Shown here: positions 31,678 through 41,771 of the stretch, piece after piece | How the letters are laid out: every line of letters begins with the position of its first letter | Position numbering within the stretch: position 1 is the stretch's first letter | Source of the DNA: Ostreococcus lucimarinus | Lineage: Eukaryota | Length of the DNA: 64,000 nucleotides | Assembly (NCBI GenBank): GCA_000092065.1 | Contig: CP000584.1 | Reading direction: 5' to 3' (one strand) | Notes under the pieces: model-generated | Database searches by the model: none | The model's input: only the letters and a program-made list of their open reading frames with translations | Told to the model about the DNA's origin: nothing | Program-made: the position numbers and the translations under genes

Positions 31678-32233
31678 CTGCGCACCGTTCGCGCGTCCAC
31701 GCCGTCGTCAGTCGTCCCTTCGCCTGAGCGCGCGTTCGCGCGCGTCTTCGCGACCTAAGCCTCGTCCGCGAGATCCGCGTTCGCGCCTCCCCCCCCCGCG
31801 TCGCCTCGCGCGCCGTTCGCCTTCGCGACGCACATGTGTTGAATCAGAATCTTCCTCTGCGGGATGTCGTCGTCCGATTGCCACGTGCGCCACGAGTGCT
31901 TCGCCCCCCCGCCGTCGCTCGCGCCGTTCGCGCCCGGCATTCGAACGCCCCGCGCCTTGTGCGGATTGACCTCGACCGACCGCGGTCGCGCGTGTGGGCA
32001 AACAGTCACGCGCGATCGTCGTCGCGCGTCCCGCGGGTCGCGATCGCGCGGCGCGCGCGCGTCGTCGCGCGTCCCGCGACCGCGCGTCGGCCCGTCGCGA
32101 TCGCGCGCGCGATGCGGCACGCGTTCGGCCGGCGCGCGCGCGCTCGCTCGAGGGCGTCGAGCGTCGCTCGCCGCTCTGACGCGGCGCGATCGCAGACGCG
32201 CGGGATTCGCGCGCGCGAATAGGGTCTAGGGCG

Positions 32234-33679
32234 ATGGCGCGCCGAACGCGACCGACCGAATGCGAATCGACGCGCGCACACGACGACGCGCGGCGCGCGC
32301 GCGACGCGCGACGACCGAGGGTCCGAGCGACGCTTTCGAGCGACGCGCGGCGCGCGCGCGACGCGCGACGGCGACGCGCGGCGATGGCGCGCGCGATGAC
32401 GACGCGGGGCGCGGTGGCGACGGGGCTCGACGGACGCCGCGGCGACGCGAAGACGCGCGCGCGTCGGCGCGGGGGGGGGCGAACGGCGACCGCGCGAGGC
32501 GGGACGGACGCGCGGACGCGCGAGGGGGCGGGAGGGACGCGGGCGCGAGGTTGGGAGGGGACGCGCGCGAGCGCGCGGGACGCGCGGACGGGCGAGGACG
32601 CGGCGCGACGGGCGAGGACGCGGGCGGTGATCGGGGCGCGCGAGCGGTGGGGCGATGGCGCGCGCGGGCGAGGGTGGGGCGCGCGCGTCGAGAGCGCGGC
32701 GTCGGACGCCGCGGTGGGCGAGGGCGAGCGAAAGCCGACGAAGGGGAAGGGGGTGTCGAATTTGTTGAAGCGAACCGTGAGCTCTCTCTTCATGGTCGCC
32801 GTGGGCGGGGTGGTGATCTTCGCCGGTGGGTGGCCATGGGCGCTGGCGATGGCGCTCTTCAACGGCGCGTCGTGCGTGGAATACTTTGGAATGGTGCGAG
32901 AGATGAATAAGGAGCTTCCGTATCCGCCGCCGGAGTGGTGCATTAATTTATGCGTCGCGGCGTGCGCTTCGTTACCAGTTCTCCTGCACGCCACGGGGGG
33001 TAAGATGACGTCCATCATCGTCGCCACGGTGATTTCGTTCACCGCGATCTGCGCCGCGCTCATCGTGAACGAAGAGTCCCACTTTAACGAGTTTACGTCG
33101 TCTCTGTTTGGCTTGATTTATTGCGGCTTCTTGCCGACGTTTTGGGTCAAGCTTCGCGGCATGAGCGGCGTCTCGCTAGCCACTCCGGACAGTTTGCTTC
33201 ATCACTGGCCCGCTTGGCTCGGTGGTCCGGGGATTTGGACCCTCGGCCTCGCGGCGACGATCACCATCGTGCTCTCCGTCGTGAGCGCGGACGTCGGGGC
33301 GTACGCGTTTGGCAAAAACTTTGGTAAAAACAAACTCACGGCGGTAAGCCCGAATAAGACGGTCGAAGGCGCGATCGGCGGGTTGTTGGCTTGCGCGGGG
33401 ACGTGCGCGGCTTTGTTTTCAGTCATGGGGTGGCCTGGAACCGCGTGGCAAGGCGCGTTTTTGGGCGTCACGGTGTTCTTCACCTCCGTCTTTGGCGATC
33501 TCCTCGAGAGCGTGATGAAGAGAAATGCGACGATGAAGGACAGTGGGAATCTGATTCCGGGTCACGGCGGCTTGCTCGATCGATTTGATTCGTACATTTT
33601 CACCGGGAGTGTGACGTACTTCTTTGTCATCGCCGTCCTCGGCGGTTTCCGAAGAGTCTTTTCGGTTGGATATTACTAA
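32234..33679 (+). CDS. phosphatidate cytidylyltransferase (CDP-diacylglycerol synthase)
   Basis: Signature 'GHGGLLDRFDS' plus multiple TM helices ('LFMVAVGGVVIFAGGWPWALAMALFNG'). ATG at 32234 opens a ~170-aa Arg/Ala/Gly low-complexity N-terminus, so the true start is uncertain. This region may instead hold 5' exons of the antisense CBP gene. Confidence 0.7.
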   Translation: MARRTRPTECESTRAHDDARRARDARRPRVRATLSSDARRARDARRRRAAMARAMTTRGAVATGLDGRRGDAKTRARRRGGGRTATARGGTDARTREGAGGTRARGWEGTRASARDARTGEDAARRARTRAVIGARERWGDGARGRGWGARVESAASDAAVGEGERKPTKGKGVSNLLKRTVSSLFMVAVGGVVIFAGGWPWALAMALFNGASCVEYFGMVREMNKELPYPPPEWCINLCVAACASLPVLLHATGGKMTSIIVATVISFTAICAALIVNEESHFNEFTSSLFGLIYCGFLPTFWVKLRGMSGVSLATPDSLLHHWPAWLGGPGIWTLGLAATITIVLSVVSADVGAYAFGKNFGKNKLTAVSPNKTVEGAIGGLLACAGTCAALFSVMGWPGTAWQGAFLGVTVFFTSVFGDLLESVMKRNATMKDSGNLIPGHGGLLDRFDSYIFTGSVTYFFVIAVLGGFRRVFSVGYY

Positions 33680-33811
33680 AGCGCGGCAAATACATCAAAT
33701 ACATCATCCATGGCGGCGTCCGTCGCGCCCGTCGCGAAGATGTCACACATCTAGACTCGTACTAATAACCCTATTGTAGTTGTAACATCCGACTAATAAC
33801 GAAAAGGACTT

Positions 33812-34564
33812 CTATCCCTTTCGCGGCGTCGCCTCGATGACAAACGTGGTGCCGAGATGGTGCGTCGATTTTTCCACAATTTCCAACCCCGCGTCTTCGA
33901 TTAGCTTCAAAATGTCCCTATTCCAGTAACATCCCCATCGTCGCGCGTGTGCATCGGCGAAATGATCCAGAATATTACTCAACCAGCCGTACTCGCTTCG
34001 TCCGTGCTCGAGCAACAACACCCGACCGCCGTCTCGCTTAACGACGCGCTTCATCTCTCGCAACGCCCCCACCGCGTCCTCGTAACTGCACAACCCAAAC
34101 GTATCCACCACGGTATCCACGCTTCCCGTCTTCACATTCATCCTTTGCGCGTCTCCTCGCGTCACGATCGCCTCTCGCACCGTCGTCCCGCCGTCGCGCG
34201 TCCGCAGCTTCGCGCGCGCCTCCTCCACCATCCCATCGCACGCGTCCATCGCCAGCAGCGTGCGCACTTTTTTCGGGTCATAATACGAAAAGTTCCTTCC
34301 CGTACCGCACGCCACCTCCAACACGTCGCCGCGGGCGCCGTACGCGAGCGACGCGCGCATGTTTTCGATGCCGGACCAGTATTCACTGGACCTCACGGCG
34401 TCGTCAAAGGTTTTCGCCTCGCGATCGTACGCCGCGTCGCGCGCGCGCGCGTCGACGCGCTCGCAATCGCACGCGCGTCCACCGAGCGCGGCACCGTAGC
34501 CGACGACGACGCCCGCGCACGCGACGCCGGTCGCGAACGCGGAGGCGACGAGGCGAGGAAACAT
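33812..34564 (-). CDS. class I SAM-dependent methyltransferase (Methyltransf_11-type)
   Basis: First ATG 'MFPRLVASAFATGV' (hydrophobic N-terminus). SAM-binding 'VLEVACGTGRNFSYY' and 'VDTVVDTFGLCSYED...GGRVLLLEHGRS'. The ORF-track start is TTG. Confidence 0.7.
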   Translation of the reverse strand: MFPRLVASAFATGVACAGVVVGYGAALGGRACDCERVDARARDAAYDREAKTFDDAVRSSEYWSGIENMRASLAYGARGDVLEVACGTGRNFSYYDPKKVRTLLAMDACDGMVEEARAKLRTRDGGTTVREAIVTRGDAQRMNVKTGSVDTVVDTFGLCSYEDAVGALREMKRVVKRDGGRVLLLEHGRSEYGWLSNILDHFADAHARRWGCYWNRDILKLIEDAGLEIVEKSTHHLGTTFVIEATPRKG

Positions 34565-35026
34565 CCGCGCGACGACGTGTGACGCCAGAGCGCCGCGCGG
34601 CGTCGACGCGACGACGCGCGACGACGCGCGACGACGCGCGACGACGCGCGACGCGCGATGTCGCGCAAGCGACCGCGCGCGACGCGCGATACGAGCGACG
34701 ACGACGCGCATCTCTCGACGGTGGTTCAAAAATCATCTTTGCAAACGGCGCGCGCGACGACGCGAAACGGCGCGAAGCGGGCGCGACGAGACGCGACGGG
34801 ACGAAAAGTGCGCGCGCGGGGGAAGTCGTCGACGGCGCCGTTGGCGCTGGCGGTGACGCACGATCGCGTGCGGACGCTGGAGGTGCGATGATTAGACGAT
34901 TGGGATGGGCGTTCGAGGCGACGGCGGCGCGCGGGTGCCCGGTTTGACGCGAGAGAACGCGCGCGCGCGAAGAGACTGACGAAGGCGCGCTGGCGTCGAG
35001 ATCGCGGACAGGAGCTAGTGGAGGAG

Positions 35027-38000
35027 ATGTGCGCGCGAAGCGGGCGACCGCAGCCGGTGTTGCGGAGGGTTGGGGACGAGGGCGCGTACGCGAACGCGCT
35101 GTTACGATCGACGTACGCGTTCGCGCCGGATTCTGCGCCAACGTTTTCGGGTAGAGGAGGCGAGCGTAGGGGTGGTGTGATGGATACCGTGCGCGCAGCG
35201 ATCGAGCATTCATTTCGCGCGTCGGCGAATCCGCGGAATGTGTTGTGTAAGGGGATGTGCCGACGCGTTGAGCGACGTGACGGCGGCGTTCGAGGCGCGC
35301 TTTTGAGCGGTTCGACAGAGGTGAGCGTGCGGTGCTCGACGAGCGCGTACGAGGCGTTCAAGTCACCGGTATGGGAAACATTTTGTGATAGAGTGGGAGA
35401 CGACATGTTTCTGCACATTTTATTGTACTGCAGCGTGTTTGTGAGAGTCGGTACGGACAGAGACACGCCGTTGTTGCAGATTTGTGGCTACCCGATGAAT
35501 GACTCCTCGCGCAAGCGGGCCATAACGACCGCGATGGCTACGAGTAAGACGCGAGCGGGAATTCGACGCGAACGGAGGGCGCGAAAGCGACGCCAAGATG
35601 AAGAGGCGGCAGAGAATTGCGCGTTGGAGACCGATTCCACCATGCTTGAGTCGAAGTGCATGTCCGAAAAGCCGCTCACCGCGAACCCATTCATTTCGCA
35701 CATCGACGTGAAGGAAGTCATTCGATTGAGCGACGTCTATCGTTGTTCACAAGATGTCTCAGTCGACGGGGATGGCGAGACTAGTGGACTGACGAGCGAG
35801 GAGGTGACTTTGTCGCCTGCCTCGACGGAATATCTGCAAACGTCGAGAAAGCGCTCGAAGTCGTACAGAAAGCCGAGTTGGCTTCGTAAGCGTGAAGCGC
35901 GGCTGAACTCAACGCATGCTCAGAGTTTGCGGACGCGAGAAGTGAAGCAAATGACCGCCGGCAACATCGTGAATCGACAAAAGAATGCGAGTTTGGGTAA
36001 CGAGGTGAAACTTGCTGACGAGGTCTTCGATCGAGGGGTGTTCATGTTTCGTTCAAGCTTCACGAAGAAACCAGGCTTGCCGGCGACGCATACTCTGCGA
36101 TCGATCGGCTTGGGCGTCCGCGCATCAAGGCGCCTTTACCTGACGATATTTAAGGCAAAAAAGCTTACGAAGGCTACATCGAAGCACAAGACAGATCGCG
36201 CTTTGCGGCAGGCAAAGAGTACGTATAGAATTCCGCAAAAGCACCGCGACACACTTTTACCGACGTTGCGGGCGATGTTGGACAAGGTTCGATGTTGCCC
36301 ATTCACGAACATCCTCAACAAGCACGCTCCCATGCCGCGTGAGCTAATGGTCTCCACGAAACGAGTCGGTGAATTGAGTCAAGCGTCGCTGTTATCTGCG
36401 TATACGGCACCACGAAGAGTAGCCGCCTTTGTTTGGGAAGTCATTGAGCGCCTCGTGCCCGTCGAACTCTTGGGGTCGGTCCAAACACGAAAAAGCCTGT
36501 ACGGTTGCATTCGCCGAATTGTGTCGTTGCGAAGATACGAGCGGTTTACTTTGCATGAAGTCATGCAAGGCATCCGAACGGCAGACTTCAAGTGTTTCAA
36601 GGCGAAAACGACCAATGCGAGTAACGCAGGACAGGTGGAGGCGAGTCAGCGGAGAATGGTCACCAAATGGATCAGCTGGCTCGTGCAAGAGATGGTCTTC
36701 CCAATCATACGATGTCATTTCTACGCCACGGATACGCAAACACACAAAAATAGGATATTCTTTTACCGGAAAGGGATTTGGTCTCGGCTCGTCACCGCCA
36801 CACTACAAAGCTTGGAAGAAACGTCGTTCAAGCGCCTCACGGCGAAGGAAGTGACAGCGATGATGGATAGATCGAATGCGTCCAACTTGGGGTTTTCGAA
36901 CATGCGATTTTTACCGAAAGGCTCGGGGTTACGACCTCTAGCGACGCTGAACAAACCGACGACCTTTGTCGTCAAGGGCGGCGGGAAGAATTCAATGCGG
37001 TGGTTGAAGAAATTCGATGCGATAAACAGACGGTTGAAAGACGTGCAGGATATTCTCCACCACGAGACAGTTCGAGATCCGAACGTCTTAGGCGCAGCCG
37101 TCGGAGATTATAAGGCGGCTCTTCTTCGTCTTGGACCGTGTCTACGCGCGATTCGTCGCCAAAAGTTACTTGGACGGCGTCCTCAGGCGTACATTCTCGC
37201 GACTGACATTAAAGGCGCTTTCGATAATCTTCCGCTCGAATCTCTCGAGCGCGTGGCCTTGGACCTAATCTCAAGCTCATCATATCAAACGCTTCATTAT
37301 GCCGTCGTGAAACAAAACGGTGAGGCAAAATATAAAAAGTTGGTGTCTTCCCTTCCGACCGCGGCGAAAGGCGAAAGAGTGCCGGGACCTCTCGTGACTG
37401 AAGCGCAGCGCGTTTCGAACACCGGCGGTGCGGCGATTCTTGGTAGAGAGAGCAGAAACTCGATCGTCATTGACGCAGGATTCGCTAAGGAAATTTCCGA
37501 TGAAAACATAGTGCCGTTATTGCGCGCACATCTACGAGAAAACATCATCTCTGCGCGCGGCAAGTTCTTGTTACAAACCGTCGGAATCCCGCAGGGTTCG
37601 ATTGTATCTCCGCTTTTGTGCAGCCTATTTTACGGCCACCTCGAACACGAGTATGGATTATTGAGCGGTTTCTGTGGCGAGCAATCAACCGTGTGTCGAT
37701 GGATGGACGACATGCTTCTCGTCACCACCGATCTTGATCGGGCCAAAGCGTTCGTCGACATGTGTAAGAAAGGTTTCGAGGCGCACGGCTGCACTCTAAA
37801 CACCACAAAAACGCTTTCAAACTTCGACCACGGAGAAGACGTACGACAAAGGACATTTGTGAACGCGGATGGGCGAAGTTACATCCCGTGGTGCGGTATA
37901 TTAATCGATTGCCTAACGCTAGAAATAATGGTGGACTACTCGAGGTACTCGGGAGAATTCGTTCGAGAGTCGATGAATCTACCGCTCGGGCGCAAGGCGT

Positions 38001-38497
38001 GGACGCGTCTACCCGAACGCATTTGTGGCTTTTTGAAGCCAAAATGTGCGGCTATATTTTTCGACGAGAGTATCAACAGCAAAGTCACCGTGCGCGTCAA
38101 CGTCTACCAGCTCTTCCTCATGGCGGCGATGAAAACACACAGCTACGTCGCTGCGACGAGCGCGATTCCGGGATGCGAGCAAATCTCATCGCTTGCACTT
38201 TATCGCGCGATCAAGCACGCCGTTCGTTTCGGACAAATATTGATACAGCGTCAGAGTAGCAGCGCGCGCGCGCACTGCAGTAGCGTCGGGAGACTGCCGG
38301 ACTCGCACGTTGAATTTCTCGCTATCCAAGCCTTCTTGAAAGTCCTTCAACAAAAGCAGACGCGATACAAGCGAGTAATTCAGCTATTGAACTCGCGACT
38401 CACCTCACAAGGCATGAAACGAACGTGCAGAAACGGTCTGCTCACACAAGCGATGGAACCATCGCGAAACACGATTTTCACACATATTAGATTTTAG
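35027..38497 (+). CDS. TERT: telomerase reverse transcriptase
   Basis: RT motifs 'FFYATDTQTHKNRIFFYRKGIWSRL' (motif T/1), 'RFLPKGSGLRPLATLNK', 'QGIPQGSIVSPLLCSLFYGHLE' (B'), 'WMDDMLLVTTD' (C). First ATG 35027; the ORF-track start is GTG 35018. Confidence 0.9.
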   Translation: MCARSGRPQPVLRRVGDEGAYANALLRSTYAFAPDSAPTFSGRGGERRGGVMDTVRAAIEHSFRASANPRNVLCKGMCRRVERRDGGVRGALLSGSTEVSVRCSTSAYEAFKSPVWETFCDRVGDDMFLHILLYCSVFVRVGTDRDTPLLQICGYPMNDSSRKRAITTAMATSKTRAGIRRERRARKRRQDEEAAENCALETDSTMLESKCMSEKPLTANPFISHIDVKEVIRLSDVYRCSQDVSVDGDGETSGLTSEEVTLSPASTEYLQTSRKRSKSYRKPSWLRKREARLNSTHAQSLRTREVKQMTAGNIVNRQKNASLGNEVKLADEVFDRGVFMFRSSFTKKPGLPATHTLRSIGLGVRASRRLYLTIFKAKKLTKATSKHKTDRALRQAKSTYRIPQKHRDTLLPTLRAMLDKVRCCPFTNILNKHAPMPRELMVSTKRVGELSQASLLSAYTAPRRVAAFVWEVIERLVPVELLGSVQTRKSLYGCIRRIVSLRRYERFTLHEVMQGIRTADFKCFKAKTTNASNAGQVEASQRRMVTKWISWLVQEMVFPIIRCHFYATDTQTHKNRIFFYRKGIWSRLVTATLQSLEETSFKRLTAKEVTAMMDRSNASNLGFSNMRFLPKGSGLRPLATLNKPTTFVVKGGGKNSMRWLKKFDAINRRLKDVQDILHHETVRDPNVLGAAVGDYKAALLRLGPCLRAIRRQKLLGRRPQAYILATDIKGAFDNLPLESLERVALDLISSSSYQTLHYAVVKQNGEAKYKKLVSSLPTAAKGERVPGPLVTEAQRVSNTGGAAILGRESRNSIVIDAGFAKEISDENIVPLLRAHLRENIISARGKFLLQTVGIPQGSIVSPLLCSLFYGHLEHEYGLLSGFCGEQSTVCRWMDDMLLVTTDLDRAKAFVDMCKKGFEAHGCTLNTTKTLSNFDHGEDVRQRTFVNADGRSYIPWCGILIDCLTLEIMVDYSRYSGEFVRESMNLPLGRKAWTRLPERICGFLKPKCAAIFFDESINSKVTVRVNVYQLFLMAAMKTHSYVAATSAIPGCEQISSLALYRAIKHAVRFGQILIQRQSSSARAHCSSVGRLPDSHVEFLAIQAFLKVLQQKQTRYKRVIQLLNSRLTSQGMKRTCRNGLLTQAMEPSRNTIFTHIRF

Positions 38498-38563
38498 GAA
38501 CTCTTTCATAGTCAAACAAACATCTCCTGTACTCATCCTTCTACTGTACTCAACAACAACAAA

Positions 38564-38568
38564 TGTAA
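38564..38568 (+). promoter_or_regulatory. TGTAA polyadenylation-type signal downstream of TERT
   Basis: 'caaaTGTAAacatcg' ~67 nt after the TERT stop, in the AT-rich convergent inter-gene spacer. Confidence 0.35.
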
Positions 38569-38664
38569 ACATCGTCGTAAATTTTGATTCGTGGTTCGTC
38601 GTAGTCGTCGTCGAATCGATCGACGGTAAAAAACATTGCGAAAGCGTGATTCGCGGTGAAGCGC

Positions 38665-39489
38665 CTAGTAGGCGCGTTGTTCGCCTTCGTGGGCGAATCG
38701 ACAAGACTCACCGCGGTCGCAGCGCCCCTTTTGCCAGTCGAAGCACACGCCACGCGGGCGATCACCACCGCGGTCGCCACCGTAGCCGCGATCACGATCG
38801 CCGCCCCAGCGATCGCCGCCGCGGTTGCCACCGTAGCCGCGATCGCCGCCGCCGCGGTACCCGCCGCCGCCGCCGCCGCCGTCTTCAGAGTGCGCGAAGC
38901 GGCACGAGTCGCCTCGATCGCATCGGTTTTCTCTCCAAGCGTAGCACACACCTCGCGGGCGGTCTTCGCGAGCGTACGGACGATCATCCCGTCGGTCGTA
39001 CCCGCCTCGGCGATCGCCGCCTCGGCGGTCGTCGTATCCGCCGCCGCCTCGCCCTCGCATCTCATCCGGGTTCTTTCTTCGCTCGTTCGCGATCTCGCAT
39101 CGAACTTCCCGTCCCATGATGTCCATTCCGGTCGCCTTTTCGACCGCATCGTCCGCCTCACCCTGAATCGCGTACTTCACGAACGCCAATCCTCGCTTGC
39201 GTCCCGTCTCGCGATCCTTCGGCATGTACACGTCGAGCACGTTTCCGTACGCCTGGAACTTATCCCGGATGTCGTCCTCGTGCGCGTCGAACGAGATGTT
39301 TCGCACGAGCACGGAGACTCCCGGCAAGTCGCGCGGGTTCGGCGGTTCGTCTCGGACCGGCGGCGGCGGTGCCCCGCGGTCGCCGTCCCCGTGATCGGCG
39401 GCGCCGCCCTCATCGGCGGCGGGTTCGTCGGCGACGCGACGAGGGTTATCCTCGTCGATCTCGCGCTGTTCGTTATCTTCGTCGGACAT
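38665..39489 (-). CDS. RNA-binding protein: RRM + two CCCH zinc fingers + RGG/RGD repeats
   Basis: First ATG 'MSDEDNEQ'. RRM 'VLVRNISFDAHEDDIRDKFQAYGNVLDVYMPKDRETGRKRGLAFVKY'. Two 'C-x7-C-x5-C-x3-H' fingers ('GVCYAWRENRCDRGDSCRFAH', 'GVCFDWQKGRCDRGESCRFAH'). Gly/Arg repeats between them. Confidence 0.75.
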   Translation of the reverse strand: MSDEDNEQREIDEDNPRRVADEPAADEGGAADHGDGDRGAPPPPVRDEPPNPRDLPGVSVLVRNISFDAHEDDIRDKFQAYGNVLDVYMPKDRETGRKRGLAFVKYAIQGEADDAVEKATGMDIMGREVRCEIANERRKNPDEMRGRGGGGYDDRRGGDRRGGYDRRDDRPYAREDRPRGVCYAWRENRCDRGDSCRFAHSEDGGGGGGGYRGGGDRGYGGNRGGDRWGGDRDRGYGGDRGGDRPRGVCFDWQKGRCDRGESCRFAHEGEQRAY

Positions 39490-39803
39490 CGTTCGGGCGT
39501 GCGCGGCGCGCGAGGTCGTGGGCGTCGGACGCGGGCGTCGACGTGTGCGGCGCGATCGGGGAATCGCGGCGGATTCGCGATTTTCGAGACGATTCAATTC
39601 TCCCGGATCGGATGAGTCGGGTCGGGTCGGGCGCTGCGGCGAGACTCGATCAATACGCAATACAACACTATCAGAGACTAAAAAAGAGAACCTACAGTAA
39701 ATAAATATGAATGAAGACGCCGTGAGTGGTGACGACGCGCGCGCTTGCAAAGGCGGAAGATTGCGAGAAGTAAGTCGCCGGCGCGCTGAAGGAGTCAACT
39801 CGG

Positions 39804-41300
39804 TCAGAGGTGCATGGCTGAAGAAAAGTGAGGCGCCCAGCGCGATTGCTTGGCGGCGAGCTTAAGGGTGCGGAAAACTTCCGCATTGGCGGCCCAGAAA
39901 CTGACGGAATGTAACCCTAGACCGTTGGCTTTGGCGTAAGGCTTGACGACGTCTTCGCGAAACGCGCGAAGCTTGTGTCGAGGTACGCGCGGGCACAGGT
40001 GGTGCTCGGTTTGAAACTGTAAACCACCGTGGAACCAGTCGAGCCAGCGCGGGCAGTCGATGTCCAACGTCCCAGCGAGTTGCATGTTCACCCACTCGTC
40101 GTTTTCAGGTCGCCCTTCGAAGACGTCGCGCGAAAAATGCGAGAGGCAAATTTGCACGTGGATGACGCCGGCGACGGCGTGCGAGAGGAAGAAGAACGGC
40201 ACTTTGTGACCCACGGGTAACTGAGCGATGAGCGTGGTGAGCCACGTGGCGAACACACCAAGTGTTAAAAACTCCATCGCTCGGCTCCGCACGCGCTTCG
40301 CCTTGATCAAGAAGATCAACGTCTGCAAGTATAAGTTGATGCGAGCGACGGCCATAATTGGATAGAACGTGTAGTGCTGGAATCGAACGAGCGTCCTGGC
40401 GAGACGGTCGTACGTCATGCGTCTGCGGTGATACAGAGAGTACACCGAGCCAAAATATTTGTTGGAGACCGCGAACACGGGCATGTGCTGGATGTCGGGG
40501 TCGCATTCCAACGAGTTGCACGCGCAGTGGTGGACGTTGTGCGTCGCCATCCACCACGCGATGCCGACGCCGTTGAAGAGGTTTCCAACGCACCACCCGA
40601 TCATGGCGTCTTTTTTGCGATCATAAGTGATCGATGTGTGCCCAGCATCGTGGCCGATGAACATACTTTGCTGCCAAAACAAACCGAGCAAGACGGCGCC
40701 GAACATGTGCGTCTTGAAACCGGCGCCCGACGACAACACGCACGCCAACACGCCGCCGAAAAGCACGACCAATCTCGCGATGATGAAGGCGTAATCCGTG
40801 AGATCGCTCTTCAACAACTTCTCACTACCCTCCATCGCGTCCCTCATCCGACGAAACGCCTTTAAATGCGTCGGCGGCGCCGCGCTCTCGTCCACCAAGC
40901 GCCCGATTCGAAGCGTCTCCAAGCGCGCCAGCGCGCGCCGCTCCCCCCCGTGATACGCCATGAACGCGTCCGTCGCGTCTCTCCCCGCGTACTGCTCCAG
41001 AATCGTGCTCCCCCCCGGATGTTTCTCGACCCAAGACGTCGCGTCGTACACCCCATCGCCCACGACGAGCCAACAATCGCTCCCGACGTCGTGCGAGCGC
41101 ACGTCGGCGCGCGCGTACGTCGCCTCGCCTCGCCGCGTCTCCCCCCCGACGCCCGTCCCGACGTCCCGCGCCGCGCTCGCGTCGCCGCGATTCGCCCGTC
41201 GCGCGCCCTCGCCCTCCCGCGCCGTCGCGCGCGTCGCGCTCGCGTCCCCGCGTCGTCGCGCGCGCGCGCGACGCGAGAGGTCCACGCCGTCCCGCGGCAT
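39804..41300 (-). CDS. front-end fatty-acid desaturase with N-terminal cytochrome b5 domain
   Basis: Cyt b5 haem motif 'HPGGSTILEQYAGRDATD'. Three histidine boxes 'HDAGH', 'HNVHH', 'QTEHH' (Q-type third box typical of delta-4/5/6/8 front-end desaturases). Multiple TM segments. Confidence 0.85.
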   Translation of the reverse strand: MPRDGVDLSRRARARRRGDASATRATAREGEGARRANRGDASAARDVGTGVGGETRRGEATYARADVRSHDVGSDCWLVVGDGVYDATSWVEKHPGGSTILEQYAGRDATDAFMAYHGGERRALARLETLRIGRLVDESAAPPTHLKAFRRMRDAMEGSEKLLKSDLTDYAFIIARLVVLFGGVLACVLSSGAGFKTHMFGAVLLGLFWQQSMFIGHDAGHTSITYDRKKDAMIGWCVGNLFNGVGIAWWMATHNVHHCACNSLECDPDIQHMPVFAVSNKYFGSVYSLYHRRRMTYDRLARTLVRFQHYTFYPIMAVARINLYLQTLIFLIKAKRVRSRAMEFLTLGVFATWLTTLIAQLPVGHKVPFFFLSHAVAGVIHVQICLSHFSRDVFEGRPENDEWVNMQLAGTLDIDCPRWLDWFHGGLQFQTEHHLCPRVPRHKLRAFREDVVKPYAKANGLGLHSVSFWAANAEVFRTLKLAAKQSRWAPHFSSAMHL

Positions 41301-41492
41301 GTGCCTCGTCGACCCGTCTCGCGTCGCCGCGTCGCGCGTTTCCGACGCGAGACGGTTCGACGCGTTTCCGTCGCGCGTTTGCGAAGAATCCCGCGCCGTC
41401 GCCGCGTCGCGCTTTGTCGCGGTGCGACGCGCTTCCGGTCAACGCGCGTCGTCCGACCGCATCGTCGACGTCGCCCCCCTGGGGCCTCGCGA

Positions 41493-41551
41493 CGAGATTT
41501 TTTCACCTTTTCTCGCCCCTGGGGCCCGCGAACAAAGGTGAAAAAATCTCG
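41493..41551. promoter_or_regulatory. perfect 18-bp AT-rich inverted repeat (cgagattttttcaccttt / aaaggtgaaaaaatctcg) with 23-bp GC-rich spacer, in the bidirectional desaturase promoter
   Basis: Direct reading: arms 41493-41510 and 41534-41551 are exact reverse complements. Spacer and left flank each carry 'cccctggggcc'. Sits between the divergent starts at 41300 (-) and 41772 (+). Confidence 0.8.
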
Positions 41552-41771
41552 AGGCGCGCGCGCGAGTCCCGACTCGTCGACGGCGCGTGTAAACACTACT
41601 TATACCCCCCTGGTTTCGTTTCTTTCATTTACTTCACCGCATCTCTTAAATACGACGCATTCGAGCTTTTCGACGGCCACCCAGGACACGAAACCCCGTA
41701 CTCATACGAACACCACACCGCACGCGCGTGGACGCGCGCGCGCCGCACAATCAATCGCGCGCGCGCCCACC

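Noticed and set aside
31708-33063. 451-aa ORF on the minus strand (and similar long ORFs 47603-48940 -, 52443-53438 -, 40866-41770 +, 38656-39615 +, 6176-7096 -)
   Set aside because: Extremely Arg/Ala/Ser/Pro-rich with no Lys and no domain signatures; antisense to well-supported genes. These are the expected stop-poor frames of ~70% GC DNA, not genes.
38700-39100. GCC/CGC-rich repetitive stretch that looks like a microsatellite array
   Set aside because: It is the coding region for the Gly/Arg (RGG/RGD) repeats of the RRM-CCCH protein on the minus strand, i.e. a coding repeat rather than a CRISPR or satellite. No CRISPR-like repeat-spacer architecture exists anywhere in the window.
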